A DNA stretch of 64,000 nt from an uncultured Oscillibacter sp. (GTDB lineage Bacteria; Bacillota; Clostridia; Oscillospirales; Oscillospiraceae). The notes under the pieces are model-generated. The model was not told the origin of the DNA. It made no database searches and saw only the letters and a list, made by a program, of their open reading frames with translations. The stretch's first letter is position 1; every line of letters starts with the position of its first letter. Positions 43,099-51,615 of this stretch are shown in pieces. The stretch lies in assembly GCA_910583695.1 (NCBI GenBank), contig CAJTZL010000003.1:12937-76936 (forward strand), given 5' to 3'. The position numbers were made by a program, and so were the translations under genes.

Positions 43099-44151
43099 TC
43101 ATATCAGCCAACGCCGGACGACCGGGACCCGGGACAGGACCATGTAAATGGCGCAACAGCAGCAAACAATCAGCCCGGAGATCAGCGGCACCGTCAGCAG
43201 CACAGGCCCGTCAGCGGCCCGAAAGCCCCACCGCGCAAATGCCTGTAAGAAGAAAATATGGGTAAGATAAATGCAAAACGAAGCCCTGGCAAGAAAGCCC
43301 GCCAGCTTCCTGCTGTTTTTCGAGAGAGAAACCGTTTGGCAGAGGTTCCACGTGCCTAAAACGACCAGAAAAACAAACACCCCCATCCCTTCTAAAAAGT
43401 GGCTGTCCGGTTTGCCCGCCGTGTAGGACGTGAGGCAGGTTCCCCAAAAGGTCAGAAGGAATCCACTCAAAAGAGTCAAGGCAGAAATACAACGGTTCGG
43501 CCGGGGATGATACACCGACAGGTAATGGCCCAGCAGCATATATCCAATGGAGGCGTAGGTCATATTCATCCTCCACTGAACAGGGATTCCGCTCAGCAGC
43601 GTAAACGGCCAGAATGTTCGGACCGTTGGATACAGAATGCCCAGCAGGAACCAGAGGGCCAGCGCATACTTCAAAAGCTGCTGATCGGCATATTGGACAA
43701 ACAGCCGCGTAATGGGCAGGGCGGCGTAAGCCAGAAGCGTGATATGCAGATAGTACAAATGCTCCTCGTGGTGGAACAAAAGCAGGTGCTTCACCACGTC
43801 GATTACGTCTGGGAGGGTCAGGCTGTTCATCAGTTTCAGGGAAACGATTTTATAGCAAAGCGCCCAGAAGAAAAGGGCCGCTAAGATCCTGGGTAAATTT
43901 TTCGTGTAGAGCTTTTGGAAGGTCAGTTCCTTCTCCGGCTTCAGGAGCAGGACCCCGCTGGCCATGAAAAACAGCGGAACACACGCGTGAGCGAGACTGG
44001 TCCAAAGCAGAGCCGAGTACCAGGACGTGGTTCCAACTGTGCCGCCAGAAAACGGAGCGGCTGCCACATGACACAGCACAACATACAAAATGGCGGCGGT
44101 TTTCACCACGTCTATTTTTTGATCCCGCAAAAGTAGAGTATCGAAATTCAT
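43099..44151 (-). CDS. acyltransferase-3 family membrane O-acyltransferase
   Basis: IDVVK..VVLCH, CVPLFFMASG, HLYYL, SFCIYLTH; about 10 TMs. Confidence 0.88.
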   Translation of the reverse strand: MNFDTLLLRDQKIDVVKTAAILYVVLCHVAAAPFSGGTVGTTSWYSALLWTSLAHACVPLFFMASGVLLLKPEKELTFQKLYTKNLPRILAALFFWALCYKIVSLKLMNSLTLPDVIDVVKHLLLFHHEEHLYYLHITLLAYAALPITRLFVQYADQQLLKYALALWFLLGILYPTVRTFWPFTLLSGIPVQWRMNMTYASIGYMLLGHYLSVYHPRPNRCISALTLLSGFLLTFWGTCLTSYTAGKPDSHFLEGMGVFVFLVVLGTWNLCQTVSLSKNSRKLAGFLARASFCIYLTHIFFLQAFARWGFRAADGPVLLTVPLISGLIVCCCCAIYMVLSRVPVVRRWLI

Positions 44152-44197
44152 ATCATATGATCCTCTGTCATGAAAACTATTTGCTGACTTCGGCTTC

Positions 44198-44704
44198 TTA
44201 TAGGTGCCGAAATCCCATCAGAAAGAACTCCCTGGGACTTCCGCGCACGGACGGCTCTGCCGTATGATAGACTTCTCCGTTCATAATATGCGCTATTTGG
44301 AGCTGAGAGAGTCGGCTATTGTCCAGCAAGGAAACATATGGAAGCATGGCCCGCATGGCCCAATTCAGCGCCGCTGTGGATTCCGGGCCATGGGACCGGG
44401 AAATTTTCAGCGGCCCGCCCAGGGCGAAATACCGGGCAACTTCAAACTCTGAAAGTCCTTCCCGCAAAATGGCCGCTCGGATCTCGCCTTGCATGAGCTC
44501 CGGCAGGCGTTTCCAGTCCACTGCGTTTAGCCCATAGAGCAGAATGCAGTAGCGGCTGCTGTGGTTTATCGCCAACGCGGCTTTCCGCTTTTGGACGGTC
44601 AGCAGGTGAGCGTCCCAGCAAAAGAACGGGGCTGTTGCTTTCGCTGAGGAGGGCAGCCTCATTTTCAAGTGCCTTTGCAGGGGAATCGTGTAGCCAAATT
44701 CCAT
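44198..44704 (-). CDS. DUF6933-like protein
   Basis: PFFCWDAH..RK..INHSSRY pattern, recalled rather than searched. Confidence 0.6.
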   Translation of the reverse strand: MEFGYTIPLQRHLKMRLPSSAKATAPFFCWDAHLLTVQKRKAALAINHSSRYCILLYGLNAVDWKRLPELMQGEIRAAILREGLSEFEVARYFALGGPLKISRSHGPESTAALNWAMRAMLPYVSLLDNSRLSQLQIAHIMNGEVYHTAEPSVRGSPREFFLMGFRHL

Positions 44705-44740
44705 TGCCAAACAGCCTCTCAATACTTTTCTTTGGAAGTC

Positions 44741-44768
44741 GGCGGGGCCTGACCACGCAGGCCCCGCC
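44741..44768. repeat. 28 bp hairpin, copy 1
   Basis: GGCGGGGCCTGACCACGCAGGCCCCGCC. Confidence 0.75.
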
Positions 44769-44875
44769 CGTTATAAGACAGTTTTAGTCAGGGTTCTCCG
44801 GCCATTTTTTGGTGTCTATTCCGTCGGCGTCGGATTAAGCGGCAAGAACATTTTTAGGGATATCTCATAACGACT

Positions 44876-45397
44876 TTACGTAAGGTCGAAAATCATCGTG
44901 CCTGGAGGAAGCGCAGAGTCGTTTTCAGTGGTAAAGTCATCAACGTCTAAACCTTCCCGCAGTTCCTCTGGAATGTAATTTGCATTGCCGATCACCATAT
45001 AGGAGCCATTGATCTTTCCAACAAATTTCCACATCCGGTAAACTTCCCCGGGTTCAAATGAGTCTTCCTGGAGCAAATTAAACGCATATAAATTGTCGCT
45101 TATTTTTCTGGACTCCTCAATAGAATAGCTTATCAAGGTAATCCCAGAGTTTTTATGCGCCAACTCAATATCCTCATTAGGGAAATATGCATACTGCGCC
45201 GAATCTTCGGTACTTACTTTCAATGCCTCCAAGAAGTCCGTCAAGCGTTTGATGACGTCTTCAGGCACATCACTTTCGACTATTTCCTGCTCCTGTTTAT
45301 TTTGAGAAGCAATCTGCGAAAACTGGCCGACGCACAGCGCAGCGAAAATACACAGCATTATGCCCAGCATGCTCCAGAGGAAAAATTTTTTCCGCAT
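44876..45397 (-). CDS. membrane-anchored extracytoplasmic acidic protein
   Basis: N-terminal TM or signal anchor; RBS GAGGGG. Confidence 0.75.
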   Translation of the reverse strand: MRKKFFLWSMLGIMLCIFAALCVGQFSQIASQNKQEQEIVESDVPEDVIKRLTDFLEALKVSTEDSAQYAYFPNEDIELAHKNSGITLISYSIEESRKISDNLYAFNLLQEDSFEPGEVYRMWKFVGKINGSYMVIGNANYIPEELREGLDVDDFTTENDSALPPGTMIFDLT

Positions 45398-45411
45398 TCT
45401 GTACCCCTCGT

Positions 45412-45960
45412 TTAACGGGATGCGTTGTAGAAGTTAAGCGTTCCCTTTGCAATAGAATTGCTTACGTTATACTTCCCGGCAAACCCGTAATAGGTGTAGG
45501 AATACCAGAAATTCAAGCCAAAGTATGCCGCGCTGTATTCGCCGTTTTTGAATAGAGCGTAGTCAATCGCTTCGTATTCGTCTCTCGACGAATTGTACGT
45601 GGCATAGCCCGCCCGCAGGTATGTGTCGGTTTCAGGGTCATTGGACGACAGGGTGCCCGTAATCAAGAGCCCGCCATTGGTCAGGTCTTCCTGTTTGAAT
45701 TTTTTGCTGCCACTCGACGCAAGCAGGTGCGTAAAACCTGTTCCGCCGTCCGTCGAAATCGAGAAAAGGTGATCCAAGCTGCTCATGGGCAAGGGAGAAA
45801 CAGAATCCGAGTCCAGAACGGCTTCGCTTCCCTTTCCAACTACGCAGCTGTGATGTTCAGGTTCCACGCAGACAGGTTCTGCGGCGCTTGCCATCGTTTG
45901 CGTTCCCATAGCAAGGCACACAAGAAGTGCCAAGATGAGGCTACAGATTCTCTTTTTCAT
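45412..45960 (-). CDS. secreted protein
   Basis: Signal peptide ending ASA; Tyr-rich beta C-terminus; RBS AAGGAG. Confidence 0.78.
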   Translation of the reverse strand: MKKRICSLILALLVCLAMGTQTMASAAEPVCVEPEHHSCVVGKGSEAVLDSDSVSPLPMSSLDHLFSISTDGGTGFTHLLASSGSKKFKQEDLTNGGLLITGTLSSNDPETDTYLRAGYATYNSSRDEYEAIDYALFKNGEYSAAYFGLNFWYSYTYYGFAGKYNVSNSIAKGTLNFYNASR

Positions 45961-45994
45961 CGCAATGCGCTCCTTATAATTTTTTGATGGTATT

Positions 45995-46022
45995 GGCGGG
46001 GCCTGACCACGCAGACCCCGCC
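45995..46022. repeat. 28 bp hairpin, copy 2
   Basis: GGCGGGGCCTGACCACGCAGACCCCGCC, one mismatch to copy 1. Confidence 0.75.
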
Positions 46023-46042
46023 TGGCGTTAGGTATATGCTGT

Positions 46043-46819
46043 TCACTTGTACTGCATCAGGGAAACGGTCACGTCTGCGGCGTCCCTGGGATCGGCGCCG
46101 CGAAGCATACAGGTAAATCCAGCCTGTTCCTCCGTCGTTCCGTCAGCAATGACAAAGGCCCGCGTCAGCGTTTTCCCCGGCGCAATGTCCACGGTGGTGA
46201 ACCGCTCAAAGCTGCCCAGCACGCGATCCCGTCCCGCCAGGCAGGAGACGGCCGTCTGTCCGTTGTTCGTCACCGTAAGGACGATATGCTTTCCGTTCTC
46301 GGGAATGTAGGTCCCTCCAGTGGTGAAGCCCGTCACCGTCTGGACTCGGGTCTTATCCTCGTCAATGCCAGTGGAACCTCCCTGCGTATCTACAGAACTG
46401 GGGGCGACCTCCGTGAAAGGCCCGATCTTCTGTCCAAGGGTGGGCTTTGCGGGGTTTGCGGGTTTCTTTCCGCCGGGATAAACGCGGGTCTCCAGCTCCG
46501 CGTTTTCCATGGTAGCGCCCAGCACTACGCTGTTCCGCTTTTCGCTCCAGGAGGAGGGAATATTCAAAAAATCGGTCAGCATCTCCACCGGGAGATAGTT
46601 GTGGACCTTGCCGGAGGGGTCCTGGTAGGTGACGACAGCGGGGATATTCACGCCGTTTGCCGTATACTCTGCGCCGGGTTCCACTTTCACGTTGTCCAGA
46701 ATGACGACGCCGGCTTCGCTGCTCTGGAGTTTTTCACCGGCTGCAGCAGCAGAACTGGCCAGACACACGATGACGGTCATAGCGAGCATACCAGAGAGGA
46801 AAGACTTCCATTTTTTCAT
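46043..46819 (-). CDS. secreted protein with copper-amine-oxidase N-terminal-like stalk domain
   Basis: Signal peptide; NYLPV..L...W....NSVVL pattern; RBS GAGGTG. Confidence 0.72.
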   Translation of the reverse strand: MKKWKSFLSGMLAMTVIVCLASSAAAAGEKLQSSEAGVVILDNVKVEPGAEYTANGVNIPAVVTYQDPSGKVHNYLPVEMLTDFLNIPSSWSEKRNSVVLGATMENAELETRVYPGGKKPANPAKPTLGQKIGPFTEVAPSSVDTQGGSTGIDEDKTRVQTVTGFTTGGTYIPENGKHIVLTVTNNGQTAVSCLAGRDRVLGSFERFTTVDIAPGKTLTRAFVIADGTTEEQAGFTCMLRGADPRDAADVTVSLMQYK

Positions 46820-46858
46820 GATGCACCTCGTCTCAAGCAGGATTATGGGAATAGAGCA

Positions 46859-47419
46859 TTATTCCGCATACTGATACACGTCGTACCAGACCCAGAACTC
46901 GGGATTGCGCTCGATGGTCATTGTCACTCTCCCGCTAAAGTCCGAAGCCCCACCGGAAATTTCGAAGACAGTGGCCTCGCCCTTCGGGATACGACCGAAG
47001 CAGGACCTGTGCATATCCGTCGCCTCGATCTCCACATAGGTATAATCATTGCCGCTGAGGTTTTTTGTGGGGGAAGTATCAATTGCGGCGGCAAACACAT
47101 TGCCATAACGGGCCTGTGCGGTATAGGGCGCACTGTAGGAATCGCTTCTGATATCAACGCCTCTGGAGTAATAATGCACTCCCCCCCGGGGGGTGGGCAG
47201 GGCCGTCCCGTTCATGAGGGCGGTCTTCTCAGCCTGGCTGAAACCGGCCCACGGTTTGAGGGAAAAAGTAAGCCCGCTCTCGGGATCAGTATAGGATTCT
47301 CCGATCTCCAGGATAACGGCATCACCCTGTTTAGGAGAAGCGGCGAAGCAGGGGACGGCCAGAGCCAGGCTCATGACCAGGACCAGAAGCAGAGACGTCA
47401 GTTTACGAATCTTTTTCAT
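46859..47419 (-). CDS. secreted protein
   Basis: Signal peptide ending VPCFA; RBS AAGGAG. Confidence 0.78.
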   Translation of the reverse strand: MKKIRKLTSLLLVLVMSLALAVPCFAASPKQGDAVILEIGESYTDPESGLTFSLKPWAGFSQAEKTALMNGTALPTPRGGVHYYSRGVDIRSDSYSAPYTAQARYGNVFAAAIDTSPTKNLSGNDYTYVEIEATDMHRSCFGRIPKGEATVFEISGGASDFSGRVTMTIERNPEFWVWYDVYQYAE

Positions 47420-47550
47420 GAGTATTCTCCTTTTCATATTCATATATTTTGTTGGTGTGATGATTTTGGGTATGGTGGCGGCGGAGCGCCCGCTTACGTC
47501 TGCATGGGACTCACCTCTTTCTCATTTGTAGCCTGGGGCGATCACTTCCC

Positions 47551-47787
47551 CTATTACTAAAGAACCCCCAGAACCGGAAAGAGCAACACAAAAAGATTGC
47601 CATGATTGCGGTCAGGCTGTTCTCTTGTAATGCGAAGCCTTAGCTGCCCCCTATTACATAAGGAAACCTAAACCGGGAAAACGCAACAAAGAAATTTTCC
47701 GTTTGCCGCGCCCGGCGGTCCTCACGCAATGCGAAGCCTTAACTGCCCCCTATTACATAAGGAAACCTAAACCGGGAAAACGCAACA
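47551..47787 (-). repeat. three tandem units of about 100 bp, each with an ECF-type promoter motif
   Basis: 60 bp direct repeat 47629-47688 and 47728-47787 (1 mismatch), plus a diverged copy at 47551-47587. Confidence 0.8.
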
Positions 47788-47979
47788 TAAAAGGAAAGAC
47801 CCGGAGCTACAGCTCCGAGTCTCTCCTTTTTCATATACAATAGTGCGCAAAATGCAAAAGGTATTTTAGATGCTTTTTTCAGTATCCTCCAATGTCAATC
47901 TTTTATGGGGACTGCTTAAATCTCGCACTCTGCCAGTTTGAGCGGAAGCCAGACTTTTAATAAAATAACGTAAAATTCA

Positions 47980-48414
47980 TCAAGATATGGTAGAAGAATA
48001 CTTCTCTGAGGATTCCACTAGATTTCCTCGGCTGTCATAAACATATATCGTAGCCTTCACGCGATAAGGGAATCCGCTATAAACGTTGTAAGTTTTGGCA
48101 CTTCGAATTACAGAGGACTCGCTACTCCACCAGCTCTTTAACGTAGACCAAGTGCCATCTTTTTGTTGTAACTCTGCAAATATTTCAGCTGTATAGGACG
48201 GCTTTGTCATGGCGCTTACCTCACAAGAAGCCTCCCAGGTAAGCCCCTTACTGACATCCAAATCCACATAGAACGATGCAATATTTGCATATCTAGGTGA
48301 TATTCCTTCGGTAGTGCTGCACTCGCCCGCAGCAAACGCGCTTCCTGATAGTAAGCACAGCACAACAAAAAGGGCCAATGTGGACAGAGTATTCCTTAAT
48401 GCGTATCGGTTCAT
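47980..48414 (-). CDS. secreted protein
   Basis: Signal peptide ending AFA, ISPR/Y pro-motif; AT-rich; RBS GGAGGAG. Confidence 0.78.
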   Translation of the reverse strand: MNRYALRNTLSTLALFVVLCLLSGSAFAAGECSTTEGISPRYANIASFYVDLDVSKGLTWEASCEVSAMTKPSYTAEIFAELQQKDGTWSTLKSWWSSESSVIRSAKTYNVYSGFPYRVKATIYVYDSRGNLVESSEKYSSTIS

Positions 48415-48455
48415 TCGTGATCTCCTCCATTTTTTTGATGTTTGGGATTTTCTCC

Positions 48456-48492
48456 CTCATAATAAGGAGACACAGAATTTGCAAAATGCAAC
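48456..48492 (-). promoter_or_regulatory. putative ECF promoter
   Basis: Minus GTTGC-N16-GTCTC, same motif as upstream of the ECF sigma gene. Confidence 0.65.
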
Positions 48493-49260
48493 CTACAACA
48501 CGAAAATATTTTCAACAAATTTTTTTACATCATCCGCCAGCAACTCGTTCGATGCGATTACGTCAATATAGATGTTATTTTTTAAATCGGTTGTAACTAT
48601 ATGAATGTAATCATCCTTAAAAATACAAAGGCCCTCATTACCATTGATTGTAATATTCTCAATGCTATCCGCATTTTCTGTGTCAACATTCAATGAACCG
48701 TGGCCATCGTATATAAGGACTTTAATCCACTCGCCATTTTCCTTTTCAAAGCTGGCATACCAATCGTATTCACCTTCAGTATACGCAAAATCCTCTGGCA
48801 ACCATTGAATATCTATATTTTGGAAATATTCGAACCCCGCTTTTGGATCATGAGTTCTTTGCGATCTGCCCTCATTGCGCTCCCTAATATCCAGTTGGGT
48901 ATATTCTTCTGTAATTGTGCGCACAAGATTCAATGTTGCTACACGGAACTCTTCGGAAACGGCAAAAGCGGTGGTAAACAGAAGCACGGAAATTCCCATA
49001 ATGACCGCCGCCAGCCGCAGGACCTTCCCGGCCTTCCGCAGCCCGATCCTGCGCTGCTCCCTGGCAAAATGGCGGTCGATGGTTTCCAGGCACCGCTTGT
49101 CCACACTCTCCGGCACCTCGGCCTCCGGGTTATCCTGGAGCATTTCATTGAGGGCTATCAGTTGCTCGCCCTCCTTCTTCGCCACGCCCTCCATCAGCAG
49201 GGCAAAGTAGGCGTCGTCAAGTTCCTCAAGCAAGCGTTCGTGCTCGGTCATGGCTTTCAT
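48493..49260 (-). CDS. anti-sigma factor with DUF4367-like extracytoplasmic domain
   Basis: Overlaps the ECF gene; single TM; WLPEDF, DTENA, ITINGNEG, VKKFVENI. Confidence 0.82.
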   Translation of the reverse strand: MKAMTEHERLLEELDDAYFALLMEGVAKKEGEQLIALNEMLQDNPEAEVPESVDKRCLETIDRHFAREQRRIGLRKAGKVLRLAAVIMGISVLLFTTAFAVSEEFRVATLNLVRTITEEYTQLDIRERNEGRSQRTHDPKAGFEYFQNIDIQWLPEDFAYTEGEYDWYASFEKENGEWIKVLIYDGHGSLNVDTENADSIENITINGNEGLCIFKDDYIHIVTTDLKNNIYIDVIASNELLADDVKKFVENIFVL

Positions 49261-49804
49261 CTCCTTTCATCAGTGCCGCCGCCTTCCGTTTGGCCCGTGT
49301 CAGCCGCATCCGCACGCTGTCCGGCTTGCAGCGTAAAAATTCCGCCAGTTCCTCGTTGTCCTGCCGCAGTACATACTTCCGGTAAAGAAGCTCCCGGTCC
49401 TGCTCGGGAAGCTGGGGCCATACCCTGTACAGGGCGTTCATCTGCTCCTCCAGTTCCAGCCGTGTTTCCGGCGGCGGGTCCGGCGATTCCAGCCGCTCCA
49501 GGCCGGCGTTCCCAATCGGTACGATATGCCTGTCCACGACCGTCTGATGCCGCTGGAAATTCCTGGCCCTGTTTTTGACGGTATATACAATATACACCGA
49601 TAGGGCGGGGGCTGGCAAGCCCATAAGCGTATGAACTTTTTTGCAGAGACTTTCTACGGCGTCCTGTACGATGTCCTCGCAGTCCTGGCAGTCGGGGATC
49701 ATGCGCAGAACGGTCGCGTACATCAGTCGGGAATATTTTTGGTACAGGTCCTTCATGAAGGCTTTGCCGCTTGGGTCTCCCGCGGGTACCGTGAATACGA
49801 TCAC
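49226..49804 (-). CDS. ECF sigma factor
   Basis: EDIVQDA, region 4 LPEQDRELL..SVRMRLTRAKRK; RBS AAGGAGG, GTG start. Confidence 0.9.
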   Translation of the reverse strand: MIVFTVPAGDPSGKAFMKDLYQKYSRLMYATVLRMIPDCQDCEDIVQDAVESLCKKVHTLMGLPAPALSVYIVYTVKNRARNFQRHQTVVDRHIVPIGNAGLERLESPDPPPETRLELEEQMNALYRVWPQLPEQDRELLYRKYVLRQDNEELAEFLRCKPDSVRMRLTRAKRKAAALMKGDESHDRARTLA

Positions 49805-49826
49805 TTTTATCCCTCCTTATTTTTCC

Positions 49827-49863
49827 CTATATACTAAGAGACACGGAAATCCGGAAATGCAAC
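49827..49863 (-). promoter_or_regulatory. putative autoregulatory ECF promoter
   Basis: Minus GTTGCATTTCCGGATTTCCGTGTCTCTTAGT. Confidence 0.65.
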
Positions 49864-50032
49864 CAAAAAATTTTATCTTTTTTAGAAAAAAGGTAAAAAC
49901 AAGAAAACCCTGCACAACCAAAGGCCGCTGCGTAAAGAAATCGTGCAAAAGGCTTTGTTTCCCGCACAAACTATGCTATACTAAAAAATATTCCAGTATC
50001 ATCAGACGAACAGGAGAAAGGCAGGTGGTTCC

Positions 50033-50569
50033 ATGCTTCCGCTGATTATCACGGCAATTGAGGACGAGGATGACAAAGCGTTTATGACATGGTTATATCT
50101 CCAATACCGCCGCCTAATCTATTCCGAGGTACGAAAGATCATCGGCAATACGGACGAAGTGGAGGACCTGCTTCAGTCGGTATTGGAGAAGCTGATTGAA
50201 AAAATTTCCCTGCTGAGGGGGATGGAGCAAAACAAGCTGGTGAATTACATCATCTCCACGGCAAAGAACACCGCGTACAACTCCCTCCGGGGGAAGGACA
50301 GGGCAATTCTATTGGAAGACCAGGAAGAGCTTGCCGATCCCGCGCCGATGCCGGAGGAACAGATCATCGCGCAAGAGGACCTGTACCGCCTGGCCCGGGT
50401 GTGGGGCAGCTTGGACGAAAGGACACAGTACCTGCTTAGTGCAAAGTACATCTTAAAGAAAAGCGGCAAGGAGATTGCCGGTAACTTGAACATGCCCTCG
50501 GATAATGTGAGGACGGCGCTGGTTCGAGCCAGGCGCAAGGCCCGGCAGGCGATGGAGCAGAGGGTATGA
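50033..50569 (+). CDS. second ECF sigma factor, divergent, no adjacent anti-sigma
   Basis: EDLLQ, LDERTQYLL..EIA..NVRTALVRARRK; upstream TGcTATACT near 49974-49982. Confidence 0.88.
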   Translation: MLPLIITAIEDEDDKAFMTWLYLQYRRLIYSEVRKIIGNTDEVEDLLQSVLEKLIEKISLLRGMEQNKLVNYIISTAKNTAYNSLRGKDRAILLEDQEELADPAPMPEEQIIAQEDLYRLARVWGSLDERTQYLLSAKYILKKSGKEIAGNLNMPSDNVRTALVRARRKARQAMEQRV

Positions 50570-50581
50570 TTTTTTTAGAAA

Positions 50582-50609
50582 AGGCGGAGAGAATAATTTC
50601 TCCCCGCCT
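50582..50609. terminator. bidirectional terminator
   Basis: AGGCGGAGAGAA..TTCTCCCCGCCT between convergent genes. Confidence 0.7.
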
Positions 50610-50619
50610 CCGGTTTTAA

Positions 50620-51594
50620 TCACGCCGCTTTTTGAAATCGAAGGTTCTTTGCCCGCGTCTGAAGCTCCTGGCCCAGGAATTTCAGTGTGCCAAACTCGTC
50701 GTCCAGTCCGTCCAATTCGCGGCGGAGCACCTGCTCATAATGTCGCTTGCGCTCTTCAAGCCCCTGAATTTTCAGAACCCAACGCTCCATAACCGCCGGA
50801 CTCTGGCACCCAGACTGAATAAAGTAGTCTGCCCGCTCCTGGTACTCGGCGATCTCCTTCTTCACCGCCGCGTAGAACTCCTCGGTCATTTTGCCCCGCT
50901 GCTTTTCATCGTCAATGATGTAGAACGAATTGACCATCAGCGGCGTTTTTTTCTGGTTCAGCCCACTCAGGATATTGATGAACTCCTCAAACACGTCCAC
51001 CTTCTCCATAAAGGTCCGAGGGACAAAATAGAGATAGCCGTTGATGCTGAGCTTGGTGGCCTCAATGGACCGCAGGAAATTGGCGCAGATCGATTCCACC
51101 TGCTTGCGGTTAGCGCAGTGCTGATAAAGTTCAAACAACTCCTCCGCCTGTCGGCAGCACTTCCGCACATCCACCACATCGTCCATCACCAGGTTCTCAC
51201 AGCGAAACGTGCCGTCCCGTTTGTCAAAGCTGATGTTGGCCAGCTTTTCATACTGATTGGTCCTCTGGTTCAACGTCTCCTTCACCAGCTCCCGGGAGAG
51301 AATCTCGGAGGTGCGTTTGTTGTCCCGGCAGTAAGCCAAGTAGATATGAGACTCTCCCATCCGAGTGACGGGAATACGCTCCTGAATGTCCCCAGTAGCG
51401 GAGCGGAAGGCATCCGAAACGGACAGCCGTTTGCCGCCAGAGTATGGGATGTTCAAGTTTGCGCAGAGGTCGGCCAAGGCGTCCTTCTCCACCAGAAGGT
51501 TTGCCAAGGAGAAGTAGAGAAACTTCCCCAACATATGGTCCTTGTCGCCCTCAGTGGCGGCCACTTTGCCGCGCATATCAATAATTTCTCCCAT
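50620..51594 (-). CDS. DUF6744-like protein
   Basis: LG..LYFS, DAFRSAT, G.LYFVP and C-terminal coiled coil; family recalled, not searched. Confidence 0.62.
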   Translation of the reverse strand: MGEIIDMRGKVAATEGDKDHMLGKFLYFSLANLLVEKDALADLCANLNIPYSGGKRLSVSDAFRSATGDIQERIPVTRMGESHIYLAYCRDNKRTSEILSRELVKETLNQRTNQYEKLANISFDKRDGTFRCENLVMDDVVDVRKCCRQAEELFELYQHCANRKQVESICANFLRSIEATKLSINGYLYFVPRTFMEKVDVFEEFINILSGLNQKKTPLMVNSFYIIDDEKQRGKMTEEFYAAVKKEIAEYQERADYFIQSGCQSPAVMERWVLKIQGLEERKRHYEQVLRRELDGLDDEFGTLKFLGQELQTRAKNLRFQKAA

Positions 51595-51615
51595 AAATAC
51601 GTCCTTTCTTTTCAA

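Noticed and set aside
47551-47787. CRISPR array
   Set aside because: The repeat is 60 bp, non-palindromic, has only 2-3 units, matches promoter motifs elsewhere, and no cas genes are present.
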